IMG/VR virus record: IMGVR_UViG_3300017971_000297
Coordinates: 1-63,645 of that record
Length of the DNA: 63,645 bases
Origin: a virus
Lineage: Duplodnaviria; Caudoviricetes
Direction: 5' to 3' (one strand)
Positions 16,113-26,475 of this stretch are shown in pieces. The stretch's first letter is position 1; each line of letters starts with the position of its first letter. A program made the translations under genes and the position numbers. The notes beneath the pieces were generated by a model. The model was given only the letters and a program-made list of their open reading frames with translations. It did no database searches and was not told the origin of the DNA.

Positions 16113-17501
16113 ATGGCGGATTTTGGTCCTACAGAACAAGAGATAAAAAATGTAGTTAATCCTGAAGAGAACTATTTTGTTCTTATTGACGGGACTAACC
16201 CGACCCATAAAGCTGTAGTAGATTCTACTGGGGCTTTGAAAGTTACTGGCGCGGGCGGTGGGGAGCAATACCCCACCGGCCAGGCCGATACCGGAGTCGA
16301 AAAAGGCAATATAGCCCTAGGAAGCGACGGGAGTAACTTTTATTACCTTCTCACTAACAATCTGGGTAGACTTCAGGTAGACGTTATTGGGGGTGGGGGA
16401 ACCTCTGGTCAGCTAGTTCAGGATGGTGACGCGGTCCAAGCAGGCGATGTTGGTCGTATTATAGTAGGTACAGATGGCTCTAATTATCAACATATTGCTG
16501 TAGATTCTGCTGGACAATTGCAAATAGATGTTCTTAGTTCTGCACTGCCTACTGGAGCTTCCACATTAGCAGAACAGCAGACGCAGACTACCGCTCTGCA
16601 AGCTATTCAGACAGCAGTAGAGATACTGGATGACTGGGATCAAAATGATAGAGCTAAAGTTAGTCCTATTCCAGGCCAAAATGGTATTTCTGCTGGTTCT
16701 GGAGTGATTGATGCTTTGACTCCAAGACTTACTCTGGCTACCGATGATCCTGCTGTAGTCTCTTTATCAATACTTGATGATTGGGATGAGACGGACAGGG
16801 CTAAAGTAAATCCAGTTGTTGGACAAGCAGGACTAGCTGCTGGTACAGGTATAGATGTAGCCAACGCATTACGGGTATCTTTAGCCACAGATGTGCCGCT
16901 TCCTGTGGGCACCAATATTCTCGGTAAAATCGGATTAGTAGATCCAGCAGGAGATCCTCTAGCCAAACAAGAAGGGGCATCTGTCGTAGGAACTCCTTAT
17001 GGAATTCCTATGGTAGGTACGGATGATTCTACGGAGTACCATATAATTACGGTAACCGAAGATATTCAGGACTTTAAACATAGATTAGCTATAGAGGGTA
17101 AGGTTTCTGTTAGTGCTCCTACAGCTCCCCCGGCTGCTACTTCTGTTTCTATTCCAGCAGATACACCGCTAGAGGTATCTAATACAGAGACTACAGAATG
17201 GACTATCCCTAACGGAGTTACTTTTACGTTAAGTCAAATAACTTATGGGGCAGAGGGTGATCCCAACGAAAAGGGATCTAAGATTACTGTCTATTATGTA
17301 GATTCAGGTGGTACGCCACATGTCATTGATAGGGCTTATTTTACTGGATTTAGCGGACAAATTTTCCCGGATACCAGTGAAGCTAGAGATGGGACTAGTA
17401 TGACAGGCAATGGCACTTCCACCCTAATTCGTATAGTTAGGGAGAGATTAGGTGGAGCTACTTTAGAAATAGACTGTGTAGCAAGAGGATACTACGCGTA
17501 A
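16113..17501 (+). CDS. Putative head fibre protein with tandem repeats
   Basis: ILDDWD..DRAKV.P..GQ.G..AG.G......R..LATD twice; G.DGSN.......G.LQ.DV twice. Confidence 0.62.
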   Translation: MADFGPTEQEIKNVVNPEENYFVLIDGTNPTHKAVVDSTGALKVTGAGGGEQYPTGQADTGVEKGNIALGSDGSNFYYLLTNNLGRLQVDVIGGGGTSGQLVQDGDAVQAGDVGRIIVGTDGSNYQHIAVDSAGQLQIDVLSSALPTGASTLAEQQTQTTALQAIQTAVEILDDWDQNDRAKVSPIPGQNGISAGSGVIDALTPRLTLATDDPAVVSLSILDDWDETDRAKVNPVVGQAGLAAGTGIDVANALRVSLATDVPLPVGTNILGKIGLVDPAGDPLAKQEGASVVGTPYGIPMVGTDDSTEYHIITVTEDIQDFKHRLAIEGKVSVSAPTAPPAATSVSIPADTPLEVSNTETTEWTIPNGVTFTLSQITYGAEGDPNEKGSKITVYYVDSGGTPHVIDRAYFTGFSGQIFPDTSEARDGTSMTGNGTSTLIRIVRERLGGATLEIDCVARGYYA

Positions 17502-17827
17502 TGGCACAAACACTCCATAAATATTATTATAAAGAGGTTTCAGAAAATACTGAAGATTATGATGCCTATGTAATCCCCAATGGGGAAGTATGGGAGATTG
17601 GTTTTTGGAATGGGTCTGCGAATGCTTACCGTGAAACCCATGTCTGTCTAATTTGGGATTATGATGGTTCATCCCCAGAGATAATTGCTATTACCTATAA
17701 TTCAGAAAAAAGACACATTTTACGTCAATTTACTGGCGATGGAACCAAGAAAATAGCTATTGTGCTAGTCAACGACTCTCCTAATGTAGAGAGGTTGGGA
17801 GCCGAATTTGAATATAAGGTGCTCTAA
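17501..17827 (+). CDS. Hypothetical beta-sandwich protein
   Basis: YVIPNGEVW and FTGDGTKKIAIV resemble the C-terminal domain of the preceding gene (WTIPNGVTF, MTGNGTSTLIRIV). Confidence 0.65.
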   Translation: MAQTLHKYYYKEVSENTEDYDAYVIPNGEVWEIGFWNGSANAYRETHVCLIWDYDGSSPEIIAITYNSEKRHILRQFTGDGTKKIAIVLVNDSPNVERLGAEFEYKVL

Positions 17828-18429
17828 TGGGAACTAAAGCGAGACCTAGAAAAGCTGATAGAGCCGCAGATGGCAGGCAATTAGTACGTTCAGATAGCCG
17901 TCCTATAGATGCCACAACCTATTTTACTAGCCGGGGAGATACAGCTTCTACTCTCGGTAATGGGGAAATTATACAGTGGGATTTCTCGACTGCCGATGAT
18001 GAAGTTACGGATTCTATTACTACTACAATTCCAAGTGGTTTTAAAAGAAAGAGATTAAAACTTAGTTTTTCAGATGATGTAAGAGTTAAAGAGGGTACTC
18101 TATATTGGTTGAACGCTCCTTTCGGAACTTTTGTAGATTTTTGGGTTGTATGTCCAGACGGCCAATATTATTATGATCGAAGTGGTACTCCTCAGCAGGC
18201 TAGTGGTGATACTCCTATAGTACATTATGTTAATCACCATATGATTATGGGCGATTGTCCTATGGGTGACGAGATGAATACTGAGGCAGCTAATGAGAAT
18301 CCTATTCCCCCAAACTATGAGTTGTGGGTAGAGGTGACTATTGATGAGAATGACACGAGCTGCGTAGGGTCGGGGGAATTAGAGCTATATAGAACGCGTA
18401 CCCACCTCCTTCCTGGAGAATCAGCATAA
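17827..18429 (+). CDS. Hypothetical virion-associated protein
   Basis: 200-aa beta-rich ORF with TAATG overlaps. Confidence 0.65.
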   Translation: MGTKARPRKADRAADGRQLVRSDSRPIDATTYFTSRGDTASTLGNGEIIQWDFSTADDEVTDSITTTIPSGFKRKRLKLSFSDDVRVKEGTLYWLNAPFGTFVDFWVVCPDGQYYYDRSGTPQQASGDTPIVHYVNHHMIMGDCPMGDEMNTEAANENPIPPNYELWVEVTIDENDTSCVGSGELELYRTRTHLLPGESA

Positions 18430-18809
18430 TGTTACAGCTATGGTCTCTTATAAATACTTTAGCTATGTTCCCTATAATGGCTGCACAACTTATTCTAGGG
18501 GCACTCATACATGTAATTGGAAAACTGTTTAAAAGTCATAAACTTAGAACTCATGGAAAAGATCTAGCTATAGCCGTGGATCAATACATGAATGTAGTTT
18601 GGTTAGGTAATCCGGATGAAACCATTAGCTCTAGGACGGGAAGAGCGATAAGATCTGGAAAACCTAAATGGTATATTAAGTACTTGTTACATCCCTTCGT
18701 AGACAACGCAGCAAAATTCTTTGGCGATGGACCAAACCACTGTATAAACGCCATTGAAGAAGATGAATATGAAGAAGGACAGTACGAAGTTTGGAAGTGG
18801 TATAAATAA
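18429..18809 (+). CDS. Conserved phage membrane protein (G.PDETISSR motif)
   Basis: N-terminal TM segment; DQYMNVVWLGNPDETISSRTG...HC motif recurrent in phage hypothetical proteins. Confidence 0.7.
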   Translation: MLQLWSLINTLAMFPIMAAQLILGALIHVIGKLFKSHKLRTHGKDLAIAVDQYMNVVWLGNPDETISSRTGRAIRSGKPKWYIKYLLHPFVDNAAKFFGDGPNHCINAIEEDEYEEGQYEVWKWYK

Positions 18810-18832
18810 CCCTTAGATCATTGGGAGAGATC

Positions 18833-19006
18833 ATGAGGAAAATAGAGACTAAAAAGAAACCAAAGTCTCTGGAAACTAAGGGCAAAATACGTATATTGAA
18901 AAATACTCATCATAAATGGATGCAGTTTTCCGTATTTCTGCAACTTATCCAGGTTACTCTCCTAGTATTTATAGCTGGGAAAATTTTTGGATATTTTAGT
19001 TTCTAG
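18833..19006 (+). CDS. Small basic protein with C-terminal TM helix
   Basis: ATG 18833 after GGGAGAG; hydrophobic C-terminus. Confidence 0.55.
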   Translation: MRKIETKKKPKSLETKGKIRILKNTHHKWMQFSVFLQLIQVTLLVFIAGKIFGYFSF

Positions 19007-19014
19007 GAGGGATT

Positions 19015-19365
19015 GTGAAAACTGGGAAACTCATCAAAAAGATGGCAAGTCATAGGGACGTACAGCCCAAACAAATAGGCCAACCACCTACTCCAGGGGA
19101 GCAAGTTCAGGTGAAAACTGATAGTATTAAAGAAGAAGTGATGGCAGAAGTAGAGGAAATGTTGGTGCAAAAAGAAGTGGCTGATGCAGAATATTTCGAA
19201 GGAGAATTCAAAATCCTACGTAATGAAATAAGGTCCCTAAAAGCTAGTTATAGCGCTCTCATATCTGAAAATGCAGAGTATAAGAAAAAGTTAGATACTC
19301 TCTTGGATACTATTGAGAAAGCTAAGGAACAAAAACCTAAAGTTTTTGAAAGGTTATTTAAGTAA
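19015..19365 (+). CDS. Coiled-coil hypothetical protein
   Basis: AGGAGG RBS, GTG start. Confidence 0.65.
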   Translation: MKTGKLIKKMASHRDVQPKQIGQPPTPGEQVQVKTDSIKEEVMAEVEEMLVQKEVADAEYFEGEFKILRNEIRSLKASYSALISENAEYKKKLDTLLDTIEKAKEQKPKVFERLFK

Positions 19366-20657
19366 TGTCAGTTATTATTGATTTTACCTCCCCCGGCAAT
19401 CCTCCTAATAATATTGCCAGTTTTCAGGTAGAGAGAAGTGCGAGAGCAGCAGACGGCACTATCGCTAACGCAGGAGACGTAAACAACGTAACTAAAGTTA
19501 TCACAGTTACTTTTAGTGGTACGCCACCTGCTGATAATGTCCTTCGAGGGGATCAAATGGAAATTGGGGGCTTGCTATATAATATTATAGCGAATACCTC
19601 CACTACTATAACTTTCTCTGCTACAACCGACTTATCTACTATTACCACATTTCCTGCTTCTTTTATAGTTTTAAATGATTTAGCAGAATTTAGTACTTTT
19701 GAAGTTATAGGAAGTGTTACTCCAGACGTTCCTTTTACAGGAAGCACCATCCACCAATATACTGATACTGCTGGTACTATTTATGATTTCTATCAGATTA
19801 AAACCGTTGACTCTGGTGGAACTGTAAGCGCCGATCCTCTCACAGATCCTTTTCGTCCAGGGCAGGTTGTAAGCCTAGCTATTGATGAAAAGAGACTCAC
19901 GCCCAAAGACCAACTCGCTGGAATTATAGGAGGAAGTCTTTCTTTTGAGGTTACAGTTATTATTGGAGGTCGTAGACAAGATCCTAAAGATAATAGAGTA
20001 GTTGCTAGCGTATTTTCTCCACCCCATATATCTCCTCTGGGAAGGATGACAGAGATTGCAGAAATAGAAATGACTCGGGTAGGCTTAGGACAATACAGGA
20101 CTACCTGGACGGTACCCACGGAAGCACCGCAAGCTGTTGGTGGATTTACGCTATATCCAGACGATCAGTATATAGTTGCTTATAAGGGCAATTTTACTGG
20201 ACTTATCGGGGGAGCCCCTGATACTTTCAGAGAATTTGATAGTGAATTATTTTCATTGCGTTTCTTGGATGGACCCATTCATGGTCGATTCCCAGCTTAC
20301 GCAACCTTAGAAGATCTAAGACAAACTTTCTTTGAAATTGATGCATATCTTCCTGAATCCCTATCTGAGAAGACGGATGTGGAAGCTAGAAATAAGATAT
20401 TACAATATCACCTGGAAAGAGCTTCTGATAAGCTAAATGAAGAGCTAAATATGCACCAAATTAGAGGCAATTCCCAAGACCGCCGAGAGTATGTGACGTC
20501 TAGGGCTGTATATACTATCCTTATGGCTGCCAGGGGCCAGAACTCTTCTGCCATTTCGGACAAAATGCTGGAGTTTTGGAAGGATAGAGCTGAATACGTC
20601 CTAGCCCAACTCAAACGCGAGGGGATTGCCCAAGGATATCCGCTAGGTAGGGGTTAA
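19365..20657 (+). CDS. Head-tail adaptor (Mu gp36/DUF1320-like C-domain) fused to N-terminal beta domains
   Basis: C-terminal helical domain begins YATLEDLRQ...LERASDKLNEEL; position at the start of the neck module. Confidence 0.6.
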   Translation: MSVIIDFTSPGNPPNNIASFQVERSARAADGTIANAGDVNNVTKVITVTFSGTPPADNVLRGDQMEIGGLLYNIIANTSTTITFSATTDLSTITTFPASFIVLNDLAEFSTFEVIGSVTPDVPFTGSTIHQYTDTAGTIYDFYQIKTVDSGGTVSADPLTDPFRPGQVVSLAIDEKRLTPKDQLAGIIGGSLSFEVTVIIGGRRQDPKDNRVVASVFSPPHISPLGRMTEIAEIEMTRVGLGQYRTTWTVPTEAPQAVGGFTLYPDDQYIVAYKGNFTGLIGGAPDTFREFDSELFSLRFLDGPIHGRFPAYATLEDLRQTFFEIDAYLPESLSEKTDVEARNKILQYHLERASDKLNEELNMHQIRGNSQDRREYVTSRAVYTILMAARGQNSSAISDKMLEFWKDRAEYVLAQLKREGIAQGYPLGRG

Positions 20658-21283
20658 TGGCTAAAAAAGCTTTTGATATAAAATTTGAAGGCCTTGAAAG
20701 CTTGGACGGTTTTATTCAGGCTTTAGAACCAGCCTTAAGGCATAGAATACCTAGAGAGATAAAGAAGTACGTTAGTAGAAATCTAGTTCCTCGTATCAAA
20801 ATGAGACTTTCCCAGGCCACGCAGGCGCGTACATATACGCCCACAGCGAGCGGAGCTGGAGCCCCTACAGGAGGGTACGGAGTACCCAAAAATGCTCCTG
20901 GGTATAAGGAGTGGAAAGATACTCGGGTCAATTTACCCCAAACAGGTGGACTTTCTACTCGTGAATTTGTAGCTACGGGGCATTTCGTAGAATCTATAAG
21001 TCTCATAAAAGTAGAAAAAATACTAGATAAGATAACCTTTGAAGTAGGTGCTGCGCCAGGACCTAGAGCAGCAGCTAAACCTTTTTCTGACGACGGAACG
21101 GGCGGAGCAGATATCAGCCGGGTAATTGAAAATGAAGAATTATCTCAATGGCTTGAAGATTCTGACTATAAGTTCTGGGCAGCAGAGTATGAAGATGTTA
21201 TTAGGGATGTAGGTCCAGTAATTACTCGTATAATTGTACAGACTATAGATAGCCTTGTTAGGGCTTTCTCTAGGAAGAAATAA
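20657..21283 (+). CDS. Putative neck/tail-completion protein (HK97 gp10-like)
   Basis: FDIKFEGLESLDGFIQAL N-terminus, ATGHFVESI; position. Confidence 0.5.
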   Translation: MAKKAFDIKFEGLESLDGFIQALEPALRHRIPREIKKYVSRNLVPRIKMRLSQATQARTYTPTASGAGAPTGGYGVPKNAPGYKEWKDTRVNLPQTGGLSTREFVATGHFVESISLIKVEKILDKITFEVGAAPGPRAAAKPFSDDGTGGADISRVIENEELSQWLEDSDYKFWAAEYEDVIRDVGPVITRIIVQTIDSLVRAFSRKK

Positions 21284-22731
21284 TGGCAAGAAACTTTATA
21301 CGTATTATTGAAGATATAGAAGAGGCTCTATCTAGAGAGGTTCGTCGGATGGTCTTTTTTGAAAGACGCCAGCGGGGGAATCCCGGGGTTACTTTTAGAG
21401 AGATGTTTGACCCCTTTACTGGTGAGTTTGTACGTAAACCTATAGAACCACGATTCTTTGATGATACTGCTGACAGCCTTCTTTCTACTAGTCCTAGATT
21501 TACCCTAGAACTCCTTAAATTATATGAGGATTTAGAGACTAGCAGACTTTTGCCATCTATAGGAAATGAGTGCGTAGAGGCCTTAGAGGGAGGCCCAGCA
21601 GCTTATGCAACTCTTTTTGGAGGGAATGACCTACTAACTACCAATGGTGGTACGTCTAGTACAGTAGCTTTAAATAATCGTAAAATTAGGTCTTTGACTA
21701 CCAGCCATCTAATTAGAATTCTAAGTGGGGAGAATCAGGGTACTTATAGGATAGATTCTATATCCTTAGTGGGTAATGGACCCCATACAGTTACCCTGAG
21801 TAATGACCTAGTCATAGATTTACCCACCTTTAAGTATAACCCTGCGGCTGGAATTCTATCCTTTGATAGTTCTGTGGATTTGACCTCAGTGAAAGCAGGG
21901 GATGTAATCGAAGATGTAGCTGCTAACCTCATCACAATTACCGCCGTAAACGCATCAGATTCGTCTCTAGCGGTCTCTCCGGGCAGTATTATAGTCTCGG
22001 GTTCAGGAGCCAAAATTACGCGCTCTGGGGATGTTTTACAGGGAGATGATGCTGGGGATGCCCAATACTACCTTATTCTAGATCCCAGCCAGCCGGTAGA
22101 GGGAAAAAGTACTACCTATCGTAAAAGAAGTTATCCTATTCCATATACCTTTGTCTATTTTATTAAGATTTCTAGTAGGGAGAGAGATGACCATAACGCC
22201 ATAGCTAACCGCATGATGCAGGTATTTAACCCAGCTAGAGGCACCCTACCAGTATTAGTAAGGTCTGATGAATCGTTCGAATCATCTACTATCAAGGGGG
22301 TATTGGCTGGAGACACTACTATTTTTGTTGAGGATGCTACTCATTTCTACGTTAATGAAAAGGTTCGTCTTTTCGATAACTTAGATTTAGGAGAAGAACT
22401 AACGATAGAAAGTGTCAACGTGGCAAGTAATACGGTGACCTTTACTACCCCAGCTACTAAAAACTATGTGTATGATAACTGTCCTATGCTGGTTAGTAAC
22501 TATCAACTTTGCTACTTTGAGAGAGATTTCAGGAACCATATAACAGAGAATAAACAATCTGAGCAATTCTGGATTCATCGGTTTACCTATAGGGTTGAGG
22601 GTTGGATTGAGTCTCGAATTCCGGATTACTCTACAGAACAAACTTTCGAAGACGTTGGGGACGTTAATTTTGTTGAATATGTAATGGAGGACATGGAGGG
22701 TAATGAAAGAAGTGACCCTCTCATTCCATAA
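21283..22731 (+). CDS. Putative tail terminator with inserted beta modules
   Basis: Upstream of the sheath; PIPYTFVYFIKISSRERDDHNAIANRMMQVF and HRFTYRVEGWI patterns. Confidence 0.5.
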   Translation: MARNFIRIIEDIEEALSREVRRMVFFERRQRGNPGVTFREMFDPFTGEFVRKPIEPRFFDDTADSLLSTSPRFTLELLKLYEDLETSRLLPSIGNECVEALEGGPAAYATLFGGNDLLTTNGGTSSTVALNNRKIRSLTTSHLIRILSGENQGTYRIDSISLVGNGPHTVTLSNDLVIDLPTFKYNPAAGILSFDSSVDLTSVKAGDVIEDVAANLITITAVNASDSSLAVSPGSIIVSGSGAKITRSGDVLQGDDAGDAQYYLILDPSQPVEGKSTTYRKRSYPIPYTFVYFIKISSRERDDHNAIANRMMQVFNPARGTLPVLVRSDESFESSTIKGVLAGDTTIFVEDATHFYVNEKVRLFDNLDLGEELTIESVNVASNTVTFTTPATKNYVYDNCPMLVSNYQLCYFERDFRNHITENKQSEQFWIHRFTYRVEGWIESRIPDYSTEQTFEDVGDVNFVEYVMEDMEGNERSDPLIP

Positions 22732-22743
22732 TATGGGGGAATC

Positions 22744-23025
22744 ATGAAATTTTATAGAAACATTTCTGGGAGTATGCTTCCTCTAGACTGTCTTAGGCAT
22801 GGCACGAGATATGTAATGCCTGGCGAGATAGTAGCTCTTCCCGACTCACGGGACGTAAGACACAACGCCAGGCAAGGTAAATTGGTCCTTGTCAGGGGCA
22901 TGGTGGAGACTAAACCCAGGAAAAAGAAGAAAAAGTACAGGCCTAGGAAGAAGAAAACTCAGGTACTGGAAAAGAAATCTAAACCCAAAAAAGAGAAACA
23001 ATTAGAAAAAACGGAGAATGAATAA
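22744..23025 (+). CDS. Small basic protein upstream of the sheath
   Basis: YRNISG...L.L...V.PGE.V.L pattern with a Lys-rich tail. Confidence 0.6.
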   Translation: MKFYRNISGSMLPLDCLRHGTRYVMPGEIVALPDSRDVRHNARQGKLVLVRGMVETKPRKKKKKYRPRKKKTQVLEKKSKPKKEKQLEKTENE

Positions 23026-25607
23026 TGGCCATTAATACAAATACTGGTCCAGAAAGAGTTGAAGTCACTCCGGTAGCTACTGGTAGCATTCAGGTCCCTG
23101 GGGCACCTACTGCTATTACTGCTTTCGTCGTTCGATCTACACTTGCCGGTGCTCCTGCTGATACGCCCGTGGAGGCTTTGAGCCTTGAGGCCGTAGTGGA
23201 GCAGTTTGGCGATGTAGAGTTAGGCGATGCTTATTATGCTATTCGAGGCTTTTTCGCTAATGCAGGTACTGGCAATAAGGTCATTATCGTGAACGTTGCT
23301 CCGACTGCTTCCGGCACCACTGTGGATGATCGCGGTGTTGCAGAGGCGGCTGGCGCTGGTTTTGTTGAAGATGAGGGAGAGATTGTCACTAGTTTGGCGG
23401 TTTCTGGCTACACTGCAACTACTGGCGTGTTGGCGTTCAGTGGTAGTCCTGATCTTTCCGAAGTGAAAGTAGGGGATTACTTCAAAGATGATGATGGGCG
23501 TTTGTTCCAAATTACCGCTGTCAGTGATTCTGCTGATACAGTCACCATTGATACTGGTCTTTTTACGGTTGCCGGTGAGGAAGTTTTCTCAACTGGCGGT
23601 CTGAATATTACTTCTACGGCTGGCAAAATCTTGCGGCTATATGAAGTTGACGAGCATAATGGTAAAGCTCTGGTTCAAGAAGGGACTTCTAAGGGAGCAG
23701 TTACGGTTGACAGTTCTGTGTCAACTACAGTTGGTGCTTCTGCTGGTGGGTTCCTAAATATCGGTGCTAAAGTTGGTGATATCCTTGTAGATTCTGCTAG
23801 TGCAGTTTTCTATATTACTGCGGTTGTTGATGATGATCAAGTTACTGTGGATAGGGCTGGAGCGGCTCTGGGCGCAGCTACAATTTATACGGGCGTTGTG
23901 GAAATTATCCAGGACACCCTGAGAGCGGCTGGAAGTAATGCTTCCGTGGCTCCTCAGAATGCAGTTGCTTTCGAGAGTTCTGGTGCTGGTTTCGGTATCC
24001 TCCCGACGACTGTGGGTCCATGGCCTGCGGACGCTCTAGATGGACACTTTGCCCTTATCGGCGGAGAAGAGAAACAAATTCTTACCTCGGCTGTTGTGGC
24101 AAGCGGTACCGTGAATGCAACTTTTGGTACCTCGGCCAATACCCTGGTTTATACGGCTGCTACAGGCGTTATCCAGTTCGGTGGGGCTGAGGATCTTTCA
24201 ACTGTCAACCCTGGCGATGTTTGGAGAGACGCTGGTGGAACAGATTTCGTTATCAGTAAAGTTGATGACGGAGCTGATCAAATTGTTATTGCTCCTAACC
24301 AAACAGTCAATACGGCAGTTGGCTCTACTATCCGAGATGGACAGGTAAGGGTTAATTTCGTAGATACTACGTTTATTCCTGGTACTACGAATGTTCCTAC
24401 CTTCTTTGAGCCTGCCAGTAAGCTGGAAATTCCCTCAGATGCAGTTGGCTTAGCCGACGATTATTTCGTTGCTGACGCTGTGTCTCAGGATTCCGATTAT
24501 CTTGGTGACTCTGCGGATGGTAAAGGACTTCATGCTCTGGATGACGTTGATGATGTAAACCTGGTGACTATTCCAGGCGTTACTTCTCGCGTGGTTCAGA
24601 ACGGTTTGATCGACTATTGTGAGACTTTTAGGGATGACTGCTTTGCTCTGTTGACCGTTCCTCAAGCTGTTCGCTATGCGGCAGTTGATCGGACTTTAGT
24701 CAATGTGGTAATCAGCTCTATTGTAAATGGGGCAGTTTATAGCACAGTTACCCTGTCTGGCAACCCAAGTCTTGCCAGTGTTTCCGAGGGCGATCTGTTA
24801 AGCTTTAATAGTGCTAAGTATCTAATCGTTGATGTGGATGATACTGACAAAAAATTGACAGTGGAATCAACCTCAATTAGTGGTTCTGGTGCGGCTGTAG
24901 TGGTTGCTCCTAGTGCCATTTCTTACAAAGAGACTATTATCAATAATCCCAGTAAGAGAGCTGCTTGGTATTTTAACTATGTTAAGGTTCTGCGTTCGTC
25001 TGATAGCGCAGTCTTGACAGTTGATCCTATCGGCCATGTGGCTGGTGTTATGGCTCGTATCGACGGTCAGATTTCTCTGGGTGGCGTGAGTCATGCTCCT
25101 GCGGGTATTGGTCCGGCTGGATTGGCCGACACAGTTGGTTTGGATCTCAGTATATCTGAGCGTACTGAAGCAGGTCCTCTGCGGCTTAACTTCATTAACC
25201 GGATTACGGAGTTTCCTGGCGCTGGTCGAGTTATCTTTGGACCGTACACGGCGGATAGCGGTACTTCCCCAGCTTTTACGGCGGAGGAACAGCTCATTCA
25301 GGTACAAAGATCAATTCTATTTATTAAAAAATCCTTAGAGCCTGGTCTCAGGTCGTTTATCTTTGAGAACTATTCTCCTCTGACTCGTGTTCAGATTGAG
25401 AATGCTATCCTTTCGTTCTTAAGGAATAATTCGTATCTGTTCCCTGCTGGATTGCCCGAAAGTGCTCAATTTAAAGTGGTTAGTGTTGAGCCAACCGCTA
25501 CGCAGGAAGCCGTTGGGTTAATGAAATTCCGAGTTCAAGTGAATTTCAATACCCCGGTCAGGTTCATTGACATTGATCTGGAATTTCCGATTCCAGAGGC
25601 TGCATAA
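23025..25607 (+). CDS. Contractile tail sheath protein (860 aa, with inserted modules)
   Basis: PTAITAFV N-terminus; GLHALDDVDDVNLVTIPG, DCFALL, AAWYFNYVKV, PIGHVAGVMARID, VSHAPAG, FIFENY and PVRFIDI C-terminal sheath motifs. Confidence 0.92.
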   Translation: MAINTNTGPERVEVTPVATGSIQVPGAPTAITAFVVRSTLAGAPADTPVEALSLEAVVEQFGDVELGDAYYAIRGFFANAGTGNKVIIVNVAPTASGTTVDDRGVAEAAGAGFVEDEGEIVTSLAVSGYTATTGVLAFSGSPDLSEVKVGDYFKDDDGRLFQITAVSDSADTVTIDTGLFTVAGEEVFSTGGLNITSTAGKILRLYEVDEHNGKALVQEGTSKGAVTVDSSVSTTVGASAGGFLNIGAKVGDILVDSASAVFYITAVVDDDQVTVDRAGAALGAATIYTGVVEIIQDTLRAAGSNASVAPQNAVAFESSGAGFGILPTTVGPWPADALDGHFALIGGEEKQILTSAVVASGTVNATFGTSANTLVYTAATGVIQFGGAEDLSTVNPGDVWRDAGGTDFVISKVDDGADQIVIAPNQTVNTAVGSTIRDGQVRVNFVDTTFIPGTTNVPTFFEPASKLEIPSDAVGLADDYFVADAVSQDSDYLGDSADGKGLHALDDVDDVNLVTIPGVTSRVVQNGLIDYCETFRDDCFALLTVPQAVRYAAVDRTLVNVVISSIVNGAVYSTVTLSGNPSLASVSEGDLLSFNSAKYLIVDVDDTDKKLTVESTSISGSGAAVVVAPSAISYKETIINNPSKRAAWYFNYVKVLRSSDSAVLTVDPIGHVAGVMARIDGQISLGGVSHAPAGIGPAGLADTVGLDLSISERTEAGPLRLNFINRITEFPGAGRVIFGPYTADSGTSPAFTAEEQLIQVQRSILFIKKSLEPGLRSFIFENYSPLTRVQIENAILSFLRNNSYLFPAGLPESAQFKVVSVEPTATQEAVGLMKFRVQVNFNTPVRFIDIDLEFPIPEAA

Positions 25608-25621
25608 GGAGATAGAAGACT

Positions 25622-26182
25622 ATGGCTAGAAGTTGTAAAGTAGACGCAATTGAAAAATTTCGCTTTACGGTTTCCTTTGATGGGCTAACCAGAGCGGGTT
25701 TTCATGAAGTCTCTGTCCCTAAGCAGACCACAACCAAAGGTGAATACAGAGAAGGCAATGCTCCGGAGAATATGCAGTTGTTCGCTGGTTTGCATCGGAT
25801 GGAAGACGTTGTGATGTCTCGTGGCGTCACGACTAATAAGAATTTCTATGACTGGGTAAAACTTGTTTTTGACCCTGAGAAAGTTCCTGAAGGTCAACCG
25901 AACGTGCAAGGTCCGGACGTTGTTCCTCTTGGTAATTCAGAGCTTTATCGCAGAGATATTACCATTACACTTTGGCAACGTAAAGGTGTTCCCGCCAAGC
26001 AGTGGATTCTCTATAATGCTTTTCCAGTAGCGTTTCAACCGGGTTCGGATATGAACGCTTCTGAGGACGGCGAGAAATCCATGGAGCAATTAACTGTGGG
26101 CTACGAGTCCTTTGTGGAACTTAGTGGTTCGGAGATTAAGGCTCCAGAGGCTGGTGAAGATCAGGATTCGCCTGTTACGTAA
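25622..26182 (+). CDS. Tail tube protein 1 (T4 gp19/Afp1-like)
   Basis: FRFTVSFDG..AGFHEVS, EYREG, VVMSRGVT, FYDW, RRDITITL, W.LYNAFP, EQLTVGYE. Confidence 0.9.
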   Translation: MARSCKVDAIEKFRFTVSFDGLTRAGFHEVSVPKQTTTKGEYREGNAPENMQLFAGLHRMEDVVMSRGVTTNKNFYDWVKLVFDPEKVPEGQPNVQGPDVVPLGNSELYRRDITITLWQRKGVPAKQWILYNAFPVAFQPGSDMNASEDGEKSMEQLTVGYESFVELSGSEIKAPEAGEDQDSPVT

Positions 26183-26194
26183 TATTTCTAGAGA

Positions 26195-26271
26195 AGGAGA
26201 GGACGGTTTTATTGGCGGCCTATTTGGTTAAGACCTCATAGAGATGATTCATCCCGTCGCTGTCCTCTCCT
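26195..26271 (+). promoter_or_regulatory. Structured RNA stem after tube gene 1
   Basis: AGGAGAGGACGG (26195-26206) pairs with CTGTCCTCTCCT (26260-26271), 12 bp with one G-U; inner TGGCGG/CCGTCG. Confidence 0.5.
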
Positions 26272-26289
26272 CTTTACTAGGAGAGTGGT

Positions 26290-26475
26290 ATGGCTAAGAA
26301 GTGTACAGGACAGAAAAAAGTAAAAAAAGTTATGAAAGAGTGGAAAAAAGGTAAACTTCACTCTGGTTCGAAAAAAGGGCCAAAAGTGAATAGTCAAAAA
26401 CAGGCTATTGCTATAGCTCTAAGTGAGGCTGGATTATCTAAATCTAGTAAAAAAGGAAGAAAAAATAATGGCTAA
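26290..26475 (+). CDS. Small basic protein, DUF6496-like
   Basis: KVKKVMKEWKKGKLHSGSK.GPKVNSQKQAIAIALSEAG. Confidence 0.75.
   Translation: MAKKCTGQKKVKKVMKEWKKGKLHSGSKKGPKVNSQKQAIAIALSEAGLSKSSKKGRKNNG

Noticed and set aside
18801-18808. TATAAATA as a T4-type late promoter
   Set aside because: The occurrences I found are within coding sequence and do not precede the major late genes.
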